Origin: Octopus sinensis
Lineage: Eukaryota
NCBI RefSeq assembly: GCF_006345805.1
Contig: NC_043022.1
Coordinates: forward strand, 9,052,001-9,116,000
Reading direction: 5' to 3'
Length of the DNA: 64,000 nucleotides
Shown here: one piece after another, positions 13,798 to 26,351 of the stretch
Layout of the letters: each line of letters opens with the position of its first letter
Numbering within the stretch: position 1 is the stretch's first letter
Position numbers and translations under genes: made by a program
Notes under the pieces: generated by a model
The model's input: the letters and a program-made list of their open reading frames with translations, nothing else
What the model was told of the DNA's origin: nothing
The model's database searches: none

Positions 13798-14045
13798 GTG
13801 TGTGTGTATATCTTTCTCTCTCTCTCTCTCTTTCTATGTATATATATATATATATATATATTTGCAGTAGAAAGATTGATGTAATGACCTTACACATTTT
13901 AGAAAGAAATATGAAATTTTCTACGTCGCAAAATTCATAAACAAAACAATAACTTAATGAAATATTTCAACTCTGAAGTAAACAATTTCATGTATCATTT
14001 AATTGATTAAAACACATATGAGACAGACACACACATACAGATATA

Positions 14046-14087
<42 letters not shown>

Positions 14088-14569
14088 GTATGTGTGTGTG
14101 TGTGTGTGTGTGTTTGTGTAAATACATATGTGTATATAAATGTATATGTATAATATAAACACGATATAAATACATATATGTATATGAAAATATAAAGAAT
14201 AACATTTTATGAATTACTAATAAACAGGAAATTTAACTTAATATATTTTATGAGTCCACTTAGCCATAGCAATACTAATAACGAGTTGTTTGAACATGTG
14301 TATATGCATATGTATGGGTCTGTGTTTACGTTTGTGTGCATATCTCTTAGTAATTTATGCTCATATCTAGCAAAGTGTATTATACTATGTGTGTGCCTAG
14401 ATATCCCAACTATATATATATTTAAATACTTTCTGTATTAAAAAAAAACACTTCATTTTTAAATGGCTCTGTGGAAGCTGTAAGATGTTGCAGTAGCATT
14501 CCACACTGGATAGACATTTCCTTCTTATAGAAACAACTGTAAGCTTATGAAAGTGATAATGTAATACCT

Positions 14570-14790
14570 ACCCTTATGTCATTCATTTGCGTATATATGA
14601 TAGATCGCTAGCCACTACACATTATTTTCTCTCCTTGTTTCTTTCTGCGTTCCTTTCTGTGGAAGAGCATAGGCTCAAAACGTTAAAGACTTTTTCACTT
14701 CCTGAGCTTTATACTGATACATCTGTTTGTTGTCTACACCACCTGTCTTCGTCTTTTGTTTTCTTTTTTTTTGTGAATTCTCCCTATATA
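14570..14790 (+). mobile_element. Short hammerhead-bearing element (family H1; Penelope pLTR/retrozyme-like); HHR-like motif 14653-14688
   Basis: cttt-CTGTGGA-a-gagc-atag-gctc-AAAA-CGT-t-aaag; homologous to 26125, 26934, 29027 and 46320; ends ctccc into (TA)n. Confidence 0.65.
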
Positions 14791-14811
14791 TATATATATG
14801 TATATATATAG

Positions 14812-15015
14812 TTAATCCAAACAAGAAAGCACAGCAAAACACAACAACGCGAGGACGTGGAACAAATATAGTATTATTGGATGCTCAGGAAAGAAGGAGG
14901 GTTTAACGTTTCGAGCGGAGCTCTTTGTCAGAAACATAGGAGAAGGAAAGATCCAGAGAAGGGAAGACAGAGGAAAAAAAATCGCCAACGGTACACATGA
15001 GGTCACATTTTGAAA
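14812..15015 (-). mobile_element. Short hammerhead-bearing element (family H2); motif 14901-14935
   Basis: Minus strand gttt-CTGACAA-a-gagc-tcc-gctc-GAAA-CGT-t-aaac: stems I and II intact; G8>A is consistent with CpG decay of CTGACGA. Confidence 0.6.
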
Positions 15016-15282
15016 AGCAAAATATATATGTATATATATATATATATAAGAAGGGGTGGGAACAGGAATTGGACAATCAGTTGTAAAATACAGCCTGAGA
15101 AAGAGAGCCATTACAAGGGTGATTAGAAGGTTGTCATGGGATCCACAAGGAAAATTCCCATTTTAGCAAGAGAAAATGGCTTTGAAGCAGCAGTAATTGT
15201 AAAACGTGTGTATATATATATATATATAGGCACAGGAGTGGCTGTGTGGTAAGTAGCTTGCTTACCAACCACATGGTTCTGG

Positions 15283-15405
15283 GAATGAGAACCCAGGTTT
15301 GAAATTTCCCCAAAACACCTGATGAATGTTGGAGGGTGTATCAGCCGAATCATTGTGTTAACAACAAACAAGATGAGGACAAATATCCGTCAAATGTAAA
15401 TAATG
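15283..15405 (+). mobile_element. Short hammerhead-bearing element (family H3) adjoining a truncated family A SINE head; motif 15314-15359
   Basis: aacac-CTGATGA-a-tgttgg-agggtgta-tcagcc-GAAT-CAT-t-gtgtt: perfect 5-bp stem I and imperfect stem II; the 3' half of the core is degenerate. Confidence 0.55.
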
Positions 15406-15782
15406 AATTACTTCATTTATATTAAACTGTTTCACCAGTTTCTGTTGAATCTTTCTCCATTTTGAAGTGGATTCAAAAATTTATTTATTTTTATTTCTAG
15501 AGAAATCTACTTCATTGACATTTGAAACTCAGAAATATTTTTAGAAATACATAAAAAAAAAATAATTTTAACTTAAGTGTTAGTCTAGAGAGTGGTCTGC
15601 CTTACTATCAAAGAAAGGAGATTGAGGTGAAATGAAAGGAAAAGTTTTTTAGAACTAGAATGGAAATGATCAAGTAATATTTCTGTGAATGTGAAATCAC
15701 AAATTAATCATAATCTAAGCTATGTTTTAATGAAACTATGCATATACTATGTATCATGTAAAGTAAGAGACAAGTGTATCAA

Positions 15783-15790
<8 letters not shown>

Positions 15791-15815
<25 letters not shown>

Positions 15816-17293
15816 GTGTATATATATACATATGTACAATGAAAGAAGGGCACTCAACAAATTTATTAAGAGTTGCATGTATGGATCATACATTTTGACC
15901 ATCCTGTATATACTCTTTACTCTTTTACTTGTTTCAGTCATTTGACTGCGGCCATGCTGGAGCACCGCCTTTAGTCGAGCAACTCGACCCCGAGACTTAT
16001 TCTTTTTGTAAGCCCAGTACTTATTCTATCGGTCTCTTTTTGCCGAACCGCTAAGTGACGGGGACGTAAACGCACCAGCATCGGTTGTCAAGCAATGCTA
16101 GGGGAACAAACACAGACACACAAACACACACATACATATATACGACAGGCTTCTTTCAGTTTCCGTCTACCAAATCCACTCACAAGGCATTGGTCGGCCC
16201 GGGGCTATAGCAGAAGACACTTGCCCAAGATGCCACGCAGTGGGACTGAACTCGAAAACCATGTGGTTGGTTAGCAAGCTACTTACCACACAGCCACTCC
16301 TGCGCCTATATATATATATATATATGTATATACATTCACACACACACTCACACACAGAGAAAGAGACAGAATACTTATACACCATATCTTGTTATTCTCT
16401 ATCTATGTTTGCATTGAATACAATCTCCCTCCTTCAACTCACTTACTCTAAGCTTAATAATTATGTGCTGTTGTTGCTTCTTTCATACCTGCTGTGTACA
16501 GGAGAAATAACGAACTCAACAGCTCAACAGCCTAATGCACCTCAATGATTTCACAACTTGACTGAATGGCTCAAGGGTGGTGGGGTGGTGGGGGTTTAAC
16601 TGATCTGAGATTAAAATTCTCCTAAATTGGCAATCTTTCAGTTCTGAAGCTCAAGAATGCAAAACAGACAAAAATAAATGTCCTCTGAATATAATAAATA
16701 TATAATAATAAACGCTGGAAAAGAAATTTTTAAATTCCAAGATTTTTCACTCATAAACTATAGTTGTCAGCTGAAAATTATATATGATTAGCTGAAAACT
16801 TCAAAAACTTCCCTTTGTTTCACACTGATGTTGTAGACAGATAAGCTAAGTCATAGGATTTGTAATTTCTTTCTTTTTTGCTCTGTTTTAGCTCTTGTTT
16901 TTTCCTCATTTTCTTTTCTTTTCTTGTATACATTCAGGGCATGAGATTTGATCTTAAATCCTCCATGTTTAATTATGTATTTTTGTATTCTATTAGAGTC
17001 ATGGTGTTTATAGTAGGATTATATTGTTATAGTGTATTGTATATTTATTAAATACACACACATACTGGCTTGAGCTGCTGATCTAAAGTGAAGATAGAGT
17101 ATTAGTGATATATGATGATAGAGGTGTGTGTGTGGGTGAGAGAGTGTATGTGTGTGAGTGTGGTGAAAGAATTGTTGTTATTAGAAGTGAATAAAATAAT
17201 GATTGTATGTGTTTGATAAATGGCAAATGTTACTAATTTATTGCGACATTATTTTATATACAGAGATATTAGGCATGTATATGTGTATGAGTC

Positions 17294-17324
<31 letters not shown>

Positions 17325-18792
17325 ATATATATACATATGTACAATGAAAGAAGGGCACTCAACAAATTTATTAAGAGTTGCATGTATGGATCATACATTT
17401 TGACCATCCTGTATATACTCTTTACTCTTTTACTTGTTTCAGTCATTTGACTGCGGCCATGCTGGAGCACCGCCTTTAGTCGAGCAACTCGACCCCGAGA
17501 CTTATTCTTTTTGTAAGCCCAGTACTTATTCTATCGGTCTCTTTTTGCCGAACCGCTAAGTGACGGGGACGTAAACGCACCAGCATCGGTTGTCAAGCAA
17601 TGCTAGGGGAACAAACACAGACACACAAACACCACATACATATATACGACAGGCTTCTTTCAGTTTCCGTCTACCAAATCCACTCACAAGGCATTGGTCG
17701 GCCCGGGGCTATAGCAGAAGACACTTGCCAAGATGCCACGCAGTGGGACTGAACTCGAAAACCATGTGGTTGGTTAGCAAGCTACTTACCACACAGCCAC
17801 TCCTGCGCCTATATATATATATATATATGTATATACATTCACACACACACTCACACACAGAGAAAGAGACAGAATACTTATACACCATATCTTGTTATTC
17901 TCTATCTATGTTTGCATTGAATACAATCTCCCTCCTTCAACTCACTTACTCTAAGCTTAATAATTATGTGCTGTTGTTGCTTCTTTCATACCTGCTGTGT
18001 ACAGGAGAAATAACGAACTCAACAGCTCAACAGCCTAATGCACCTCAATGATTTCACAACTTGACTGAATGGCTCAAGGGTGGTGGGGTGGTGGGGGTTT
18101 AACTGATCTGAGATTAAAATTCTCCTAAATTGGCAATCTTTCAGTTCTGAAGCTCAAGAATGCAAAACAGACAAAAATAAATGTCCTCTGAATATAATAA
18201 ATATATAATAATAAACGCTGGAAAAGAAATTTTTAAATTCCAAGATTTTTCACTCATAAACTATAGTTGTCAGCTGAAAATTATATATGATTAGCTGAAA
18301 ACTTCAAAAACTTCCCTTTGTTTCACACTGATGTTGTAGACAGATAAGCTAAGTCATAGGATTTGTAATTTCTTTCTTTTTTGCTCTGTTTTAGCTCTTG
18401 TTTTTTCCTCATTTTCTTTTCTTTTCTTGTATACATTCAGGGCATGAGATTTGATCTTAAATCTTCCATGTTTAATTATGTATTTTTGTATTCTATTAGA
18501 GTCATGGTGTTTATAGTAGGATTATATTGTTATAGTGTATTGTATATTTATTAAATACACACACATACTGGCTTGAGCTGCTGATCTAAAGTGAAGATAG
18601 AGTATTAGTGATATGATGATAGAGGTGTGTGTGTGGGTGAGAGAGTGTATGTGTGTGAGTGTGGTGAGAGAATTTGTTGTTATTAGAAGTGAATAAAATA
18701 ATGATTGTATGTGTTTGATAAATGGCAAATGTTACTAATTTATTGCGACATTATTTTATATACAGAGATATTAGGCATGTATATGTGTATGA

Positions 18793-18795
<3 letters not shown>
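15791..18795. repeat. Near-identical tandem duplication, period ~1505 bp
   Basis: gtacaatgaaagaaggg at 15834 and 17339; the copies match apart from small indels; all junctions lie in (TA)n. Confidence 0.95.
15911..16307 (-). mobile_element. Young family A SINE (duplicated at 17416-17810)
   Basis: CpG-rich, full-length copy. Confidence 0.9.
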
Positions 18796-18842
<47 letters not shown>

Positions 18843-19153
18843 GTGTATATATGTGTGTGTGTGTGTTTGTATATATATATATGTATATATGTATATATAT
18901 GTATATATATATATGTATATATATATATGTATATGTGTATATATATATGTATATATGTATATATACATGTGTATATATGTATATATATGTATATATATAT
19001 ATGTATATATATATATGTATATGTGTATATATATGTATATATGTATATATATATGTATATATGTATATATGTGTATATATATATATGCATGTATATATAT
19101 GTATATATGTGTATATATATATGTATATATATATATGTATAAATGTGTATATA

Positions 19154-19183
<30 letters not shown>

Positions 19184-19187
<4 letters not shown>

Positions 19188-20533
19188 GCCATAACCCATG
19201 GCCCCTACCTGGGACGTAGTCAGTCCACCTGTGCATGCCTTCCTTCTTGTGACACTTGTGAAGACCTGTTGAGGCAAGTGAAAATCAAAACAAATCAAAA
19301 TAGATGAACATCAATGGAATCTGTATCTTTGTGGTACCAGTGCCGGTGGCACACACTTTGTGGTACCAGTGCCGGTGGCACACAAGAGAACCATCCGAAC
19401 GTGGCCGTAGCCAGTTCCGCATCGACCGGCCTCCGTGCTGTGGGCACGTAACAACACCATCCGATCATGGCCGTTCGCCAGCCTCATCTGGCACCTGTGT
19501 CGGTGGCACATAAAAACACCTTCCGAAGACCCGGCAAGACTAGTCAGTCCACCTGTGCATACCTTCCTTCTTGTGACACTTGTGAAGACCGGTTGAGGCA
19601 AGTGAAAATCAAATCAAATCAAAATAGACAAAATAGATGAACATCAATGGAATTTGTATCTTGTGGTACCAGTGCCTGTGGCACACAAGAAATCCATCAG
19701 TGCTGTAGTCAGTGCGGTGGGCACATGACAAACACCATCCGATCGTGGCCGTTCGCCAGCCTCATCTAGCACCTGTGTCGGTGGCACATAAAAACACCAT
19801 CCGAAGACCCGGCAAGACTAGTCAGGCCATAACCCATGGCCCCTACCTGGGACGTAGTCAGTCCACCTGTGCATACCTTCCTTCTTGTGACACTTGTGAA
19901 GACCTGTTGAGGCAAGTGAAAATCAAAACAAATCAAAATAGATGAACATCAATGGAATTTGTATCTTTGTGGTACCAGTGCCGGTGGCACATAAGAAAAC
20001 CATCCGAACGTGGCCGTAGCCAGTTCCGCATCGACCGGCCTCCGTGCTGTGGGCACGTAACAAACACCATCCGATCGTGGCCGTTTGCCAGCCTCATCTG
20101 GCACCTGTGTCGGTGGCACATAAAAACACCATCCGAGCGTGGCCGTCTGCCAGCCTCGTCTGGCACCTGTGTCGGTGGCACATAAAAACACCATCCGAGC
20201 GTGGCCGTCTGCCAGCCTCGTCTGGCACTGTGTCGGTGGCACATAAAAACACCATCCGAGCGTGGCCGTCTGCCAGCCTCGTCTGGCACCTGTGTCGGTG
20301 GCACATAAAAACACCATCCGAGCGTGGCCGTTTGCCAGCCTCGTCTGGCACCTGTGTCGGTGGCACATAAAATCACCCACTACACTCTCGGAGTGGTTGG
20401 CGTTAGGAAGGGCATCCAGCTGTAGAAACACTACCAGATCTGACTGGACTGGTGCAGCTTTCGGGCTCCCCAGACCCCAGTTGAACCGTCCAACCCATGC
20501 TAGCATGGAAAGCGGACGTTAAATGATGATGAT
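19184..20533 (+). mobile_element. RTE LINE 3'UTR, internally reiterated, with a 62-bp tandem array (20040-20372) and (GAT)n tail
   Basis: The ORF-end motif gaagacccggcaag recurs at ~19525 and ~19803; gcacctgtgtcggtggcacataaaaacacc recurs at 20101, 20163, 20225, 20286 and 20348. Confidence 0.85.
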
Positions 20534-20578
20534 GTATGTATGTATACATATATATGTATGTATATATATATATATATG

Positions 20579-20633
<55 letters not shown>

Positions 20634-20640
20634 TTGTGTG

Positions 20641-20672
<32 letters not shown>

Positions 20673-21142
20673 GATACACACAAAACAATAGTGGTGAACA
20701 ATGAGAATAAGTGTTCAACACTGCATTTGATGGTTGAATATATTTTTTTATTTATGGAGTAACTATGCTGCCTATGGTTTCACGTGGAAAATATTAGAAG
20801 TGAATTGACGTTGTTTTTATGACAGTGACATCTATTTACAACTATCACATGATGTCAATACAAGGAGACACAAATAGACACAAACATGCTTACATACACA
20901 CACACACACACATATATATGTACGACATGTTTTTGCAGTGTCCATCTACCAAATTCATTCACATGGCTTTGGTCAGCCCAAATCTATAATAAAACACACT
21001 TGTATCACACTAAGGGACTGAACCCAAAACCATATGTTTGAGAGGCAAACTTCTAAACTACACAGCCCATACATATATATGTATGTACATATATAATATA
21101 TATATATATTTAAATATATATATATATATTTAAAGATATATA

Positions 21143-21182
<40 letters not shown>

Positions 21183-21184
21183 GT

Positions 21185-21426
21185 AAAAAAATACCTTTCA
21201 TCAATTCAAAATGAACGATTAAATTACACCATCTAGAAAATTACATATAATAGAAATATTAAAATTAAAATAACAATAAAATGTCAATGATTAAGTAAAT
21301 TGCAAAAAAATAATTTAATCATTGACATTTTATTGTTATTTTAATTTTAATATTCCTATTATATGTAATTTTCTAGATGGTGTAATTTAATTGTTCATTT
21401 TGAATTGATGAAAGGTGTTTTTTTTT
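21185..21426. repeat. Palindrome with ~110-bp arms and a 20-nt spacer
   Basis: acctttcatcaattcaaaatgaac...gtcaatgattaa / ttaatcattgac...gttcattttgaattgatgaaaggt. Confidence 0.9.
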
Positions 21427-21568
21427 CTAATTTTTTATATATATATTATATTGTGTGAAATTTGATTTAGTATTTCTAAATTGAATTTTTTTTCCCTGTA
21501 AGTTTGGATTTATATTTCCTCAAATAATAATCATATATATATATATAACTGATGCAGAAAAATGAATC

Positions 21569-21812
21569 AAAGGTGAAATAAGGAAAGCTTCTAACAAAGC
21601 AGAATGTTTAAAAAAAACATATTTCAGATGTAAAGGCCTATCTTCAGAAGAATACGGTTAAAGAAACATGTATTTACATAGAGCCTAATAGAATCTATGT
21701 AACAACACGTTTCTTTGATTGTATTCTTCTGAAGATAGGCTTTGCTTCTGAAATATAAAGGTTTTTTTTTAAACATTCTGCTTTCTTAGAAGCTTTCCTT
21801 ATTTTCTCCTTT
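21569..21812. repeat. Palindrome with ~115-bp arms, each carrying a hammerhead-like CTGAAGA...GAAATAT motif
   Basis: Arms 21569-21682 / 21694-21812; plus-strand motif ctt-CTGAAGA-taggctttgcttct-GAAA-TAT-a-aag at 21726-21760. Confidence 0.8.
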
Positions 21813-22032
21813 CACTTCTGTACTACAATGCTTCAAGCAAACTACAAAGCTTTTATATATATATTACCCTATGGATTTAATTACTATTTGAACTGATTAA
21901 CTTGTTAGTAAAAGAAATTTTTTCATAATCCACATCTTTTCCATATTGTGTTTTTGTGTTACGGTTAACTGTCTGTGTCTTAAAACATTCTGATACATCT
22001 TCTCATCAAAATATATACTACACAAACACATG

Positions 22033-22350
22033 CATCATCATCATCATCATCATCGTTTAACGTGAGTTTTCCGCGCTAGCACGGGTTGGACGGTTTGACC
22101 GGGGTCTGGGAAGCCAGGGGCTGCTCCAGGCTCCAGTCTGATCTGGCAGAGTTTCTACGGCTGGATGCCCTTCCTAACGCCAACCACTCCGCGAGTGTAG
22201 TGGGTGCTTTTTACGTGCCACCTGCACAGGTGCCAGGGTGGGTCTGGCATCGATCACAATCGGTTCGAGCTTTTAACGTGCCAGCGGCACGGAAGCCAGC
22301 CAAGGCGGCGCTGGCATCGGTTACGTTCGGATGGTGCTTTTTGGGGGTGC
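22033..22350 (-). mobile_element. RTE LINE 3'UTR fragment
   Basis: catcatc...ggctggatgcccttcctaacgccaaccactc. Confidence 0.85.
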
Positions 22351-23563
22351 AGGTAATATAGATAAGCACCAGTGGGGAGGGTTGGGGTGAGGAACGATGA
22401 CAGCTAGGGTTGACGCAGGTTCGTAGGAAATAAAACGTAGGACTTCACGAGTGGGGGAGGGGACTGAAAGGAGATAGCCGGTTGAGGCAGTGGTTTTAAA
22501 TATTTTTTTTTTAAACCAGAGCAATGCAAGTTCTCAAAAATTATTCACACAGGTCAATGGTTTGTACTACTACTTTGTATTTCAATATTTCCAGTTTAGG
22601 ACTCTGTTTTTTAGGAAAGTTACTGAGAGAAGGTGTTGATAGCTGATTTCTCTGTTCTATAGTATGTGTGTATAAAAAGGTTTTTTTTCTATTCTCTTTT
22701 TTGAGCAGAGAACTCCATTATCAACCTTTTCTCTAAATTCCTGTAGTAGGGGTCCTGACCCCAAAATCTTGAAATACCATATAATAGTTCTAACTATCTG
22801 CCAGCATTATTAATTTTTTATAACTTGCATTGTCTGGTAAGAAGCTTGCTTCCCAACCACATGGTTCTGGGTTCAGTCCCTCTACTGGGCACCTTGGGCA
22901 AGTGTCTTCTACTATAGCCTCAAGCCTACTAGAACCTTGTGAGTGGATTTGGTAGATGGAAACTGAAAGAAGCCCATAGTATATATTTGTGTATCTGTGT
23001 TTGCCACCACCCCCAAACCAATTGACAACTAATGTTGATATGTTTATGTCTCCATAACTTTGATTTGTTTGACTAAAACCCCTCAAGGTGGTGCTCCAGC
23101 ATGGCCACAGTCAAATGACTGAAACAAGTAAAAGAATAAAAGAATATATTTATATATGTATAAATGAAACAGTCAAGTGAGATGACAGAGGACCGAGATG
23201 CTTGGTGCCTTGCTGTACTCAAGACCACCCATACTCTGCAGCAGAAGTGTTAAGATTGATCCTTCTGGTGGTGTAAAGCACTCATGGTGGCACCACATAA
23301 AACCACTCATGCAGTGTCTCATAAAAGTACCAAGCACACTCTGTAAAGTGGTTGGCATTAGGAAGGGCATTCAGTCGTAGAAACCACGCCAAACCAGACT
23401 GGAGTCTCATGCAGCTCCCCAGCTTGCCATCTCTGGTCAAAGCAGCCAACCCATGCCAGCATGGACAACAGACATTAAATGATGGTGATAATGATCATCA
23501 TATATTATCACAGAAACTAATCTATAATATGTAATTATTATATGTGAATATAATAATTTACAT

Positions 23564-23729
23564 AGACACAGGAGTGGCTGTGTGGTAAGTAGCTTGCTTA
23601 CCAACCACATGGTTCCGGGTTCAGTCCCACTGTGTGGCATCTTGGGCAAGTGTCTTCTGCTATAGCCCCGGGCCGACCAATGCCTTGCAAGTGGATTTGG
23701 TAGACGGAAACTGAAAGAAGCCTGTCGTA

Positions 23730-23771
<42 letters not shown>

Positions 23772-24003
23772 TGTGTGTGTGTATGTTTGTGTGTCTGTGT
23801 TTGTCTCCCTAGCATTGCTTGACAACCGATGCCGGTATGTTTACGTCCCCGTCACTTAGCGGTTCGGCAAAAAGTGACCGATAGAATAAGTACTAGGCTT
23901 CCAAAGAATAAGTCCCGGGGTCGATTTGCTCGACTAAAAGCAGTGCTCCAGCATGGCCGCAGTCAAATGACTGAAACAAGTAAAAGAGTAAAGAGTAAAG
24001 AGA
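23564..24003 (+). mobile_element. Young full-length family A SINE (older copy at 22830-23145)
   Basis: A/B boxes, CORE-like motif, agtaaaagag tail. Confidence 0.9.
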
Positions 24004-25130
24004 GAATCAATGACAGAACAGAAAATCGTGACTTAAGACAAAAAAACTATAACTTGCGGATATCAAGTTCTGACCATTTACAGCAAGAAACACAACTTTG
24101 CCTCCATTCCATCTTAGAAAGCAATATGTTTCAAAGAGACAATGGTGGTGTCATGCTGGGGCATGGGGTGGGGTGGTTAGGGTAACCTGATATAATAAAC
24201 TAACAAATAGGCCAAAGCTTGACAGTGCTGCCCCAGCATGGCCAGAACAACCAATGACTGACAGTAGTGAAATGATAAAACAAATAAATAAATAAGTAAA
24301 AACAGAAATGAGAATTCTTTAAGCAGCAGAATCGATACCAGCCGACTAACCGAGCAGCCAACCAGCCAGGATGCTAAAAATAAACTTAACATTCACAAAG
24401 AATATGAAAAACAAAACAAAAAAAAAATAAGAAAGAAACTAGAAAAAATAACAAACACACAAAAAAAAACAAATAACCGTACAAGCAAACACATAAAAAA
24501 AAAACATATAACAAAATAGTTTATTAATTGATCTAATGAAAGGAATTTTCTCTTCATTCTTTGAATTTTGTTAAAAAGATAAAAGAATGTCTTTCCTTTT
24601 TCATTGATTCATTTCAGCAGTGTGAAAAAAAAAGAAGAAACAAACAAGAAAAAAAAAACAAAGAAAGAAATATATAAGAAATTATATATTTCTTGGCAAA
24701 CATGAAAGGCCTAACTGTTGTTCTCGTGAAATCTTTTTAAGTCCTCTATATCACCATTAAAACAGGATTACATCTTTTATCAACTGTCATCACAAGTTCT
24801 TTAATGTTTCTGGAGTTGAGCAGCCTGATCTAATCATTGCATAGCAGAGGGGGGAGAGGGGAGGGGAGTAGGGGGTTGGTTGGGTGGTTGGTAAGTGGGT
24901 GTGATTAGATTATATATGTACACACATACACACACACACATATATATATACAGGCACATATGTATATACAAACACACACACACACACATATATATACAGA
25001 CACATGTATACACACACACATATACACACACACACACACACACTCACATACATACACATACATATATGAGTACAGCTGAAGAATATGTGTGTATATCTTT
25101 ATCGTATTTATATATATATAATGTGTGTGA

Positions 25131-25173
<43 letters not shown>

Positions 25174-25825
25174 ATATATATATGTAGATATACACACACT
25201 TATACCTATATATATATATATATATTCATATGTATACACATACACATGTACATATATTCCCATAGTTTTCGTCATTCATTAGTATCTTAAGATATGTTCA
25301 GGTACTCTGAATCCGTGTGTGCATGTGTGGTGCGTGTTCAACAGTGTGACTTTGTTCATTCATCAGTCTCCTAAGATATGCTCAGATAACTCTGCGTACA
25401 TATGTGTAAATTAGTGTACAATGTTTCTACTTTTGTATGTGTGTGCTCACACACGTGAGTATCTGTATATGCGTATGTGTGCATGTTTTCTTTACATGGA
25501 GCTTTTGAGAAAGTGTGTGGAGGTGGTTCTATATTTTACAGGTGAACAGATAATTTCCCTACCTGCCAACCATGTCATTTTCAAGATTGCTTCAAGTGGT
25601 TCCACATCTGATCCCTTGGTGGTGGAACCATGTTACTTTTTACTATTAATTTGAATAAACAATACTTTATGAATGGAATTTGGTAATACAGTTCTATATT
25701 TCTGAGATGAAGAGGGCTGAAGCATAGACAGCCAAAATGTTGTGAAAGCAACAATGAAGATGATGACACCAGTCCAACTTAGGTGAACAGTGTACATGGA
25801 ATCTGTATGGAAACCATTCATGCAT

Positions 25826-26281
25826 GTGTGTGTGTGTGTGTGTAAAAAGCATCCAGTACACACTGTAAAGTGGTTGGCATTTGGAAGGGCATCGAACTGT
25901 AAAAACCATGCCAAGACTGACCTCATCTGTGCTGGTGCCATGTAGAAAACACTCATTCAACTCTGCATGGTGGTTGGTGTTAGGAAGGGCATCTAGATAT
26001 AAAAGCCATTCCAAAATAGACACAGGAGCCTGGTGTAGTCTTCTACCTAGCTGGCTCCTGTCAAACCATCCAACCCATGCCTGCATGGAAGGTTAAATGA
26101 TGATGATGAGATATATATATATATTTTTTTCTCTCCTTGTTTTTTCTGTGTACCTTTCTGTTGAAGAGCGTAGGCTCGAAACGTAAAAGACTTCTTCTAT
26201 TCCTGAGTGCTATACTAATACATCTGTTTGTTTGTACACCACCTGCCTTCGTCTTTTGTTTATTTTTGTAAACTTTCCCTT

Positions 26282-26351
<70 letters not shown>

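Noticed and set aside
16489-16684. Minus-strand exon with CAG|GTATGA donor
   Set aside because: All frames are closed from either candidate acceptor; it could only be non-coding and has no further support.
20040-20372. CRISPR-like repeat array
   Set aside because: Contiguous 62-bp tandem units without unique spacers, inside a LINE 3'UTR in eukaryotic DNA; no cas genes.
23564-23640. tRNA genes at SINE heads
   Set aside because: A/B boxes are present but there is no complete cloverleaf, and they are always followed by a SINE body.
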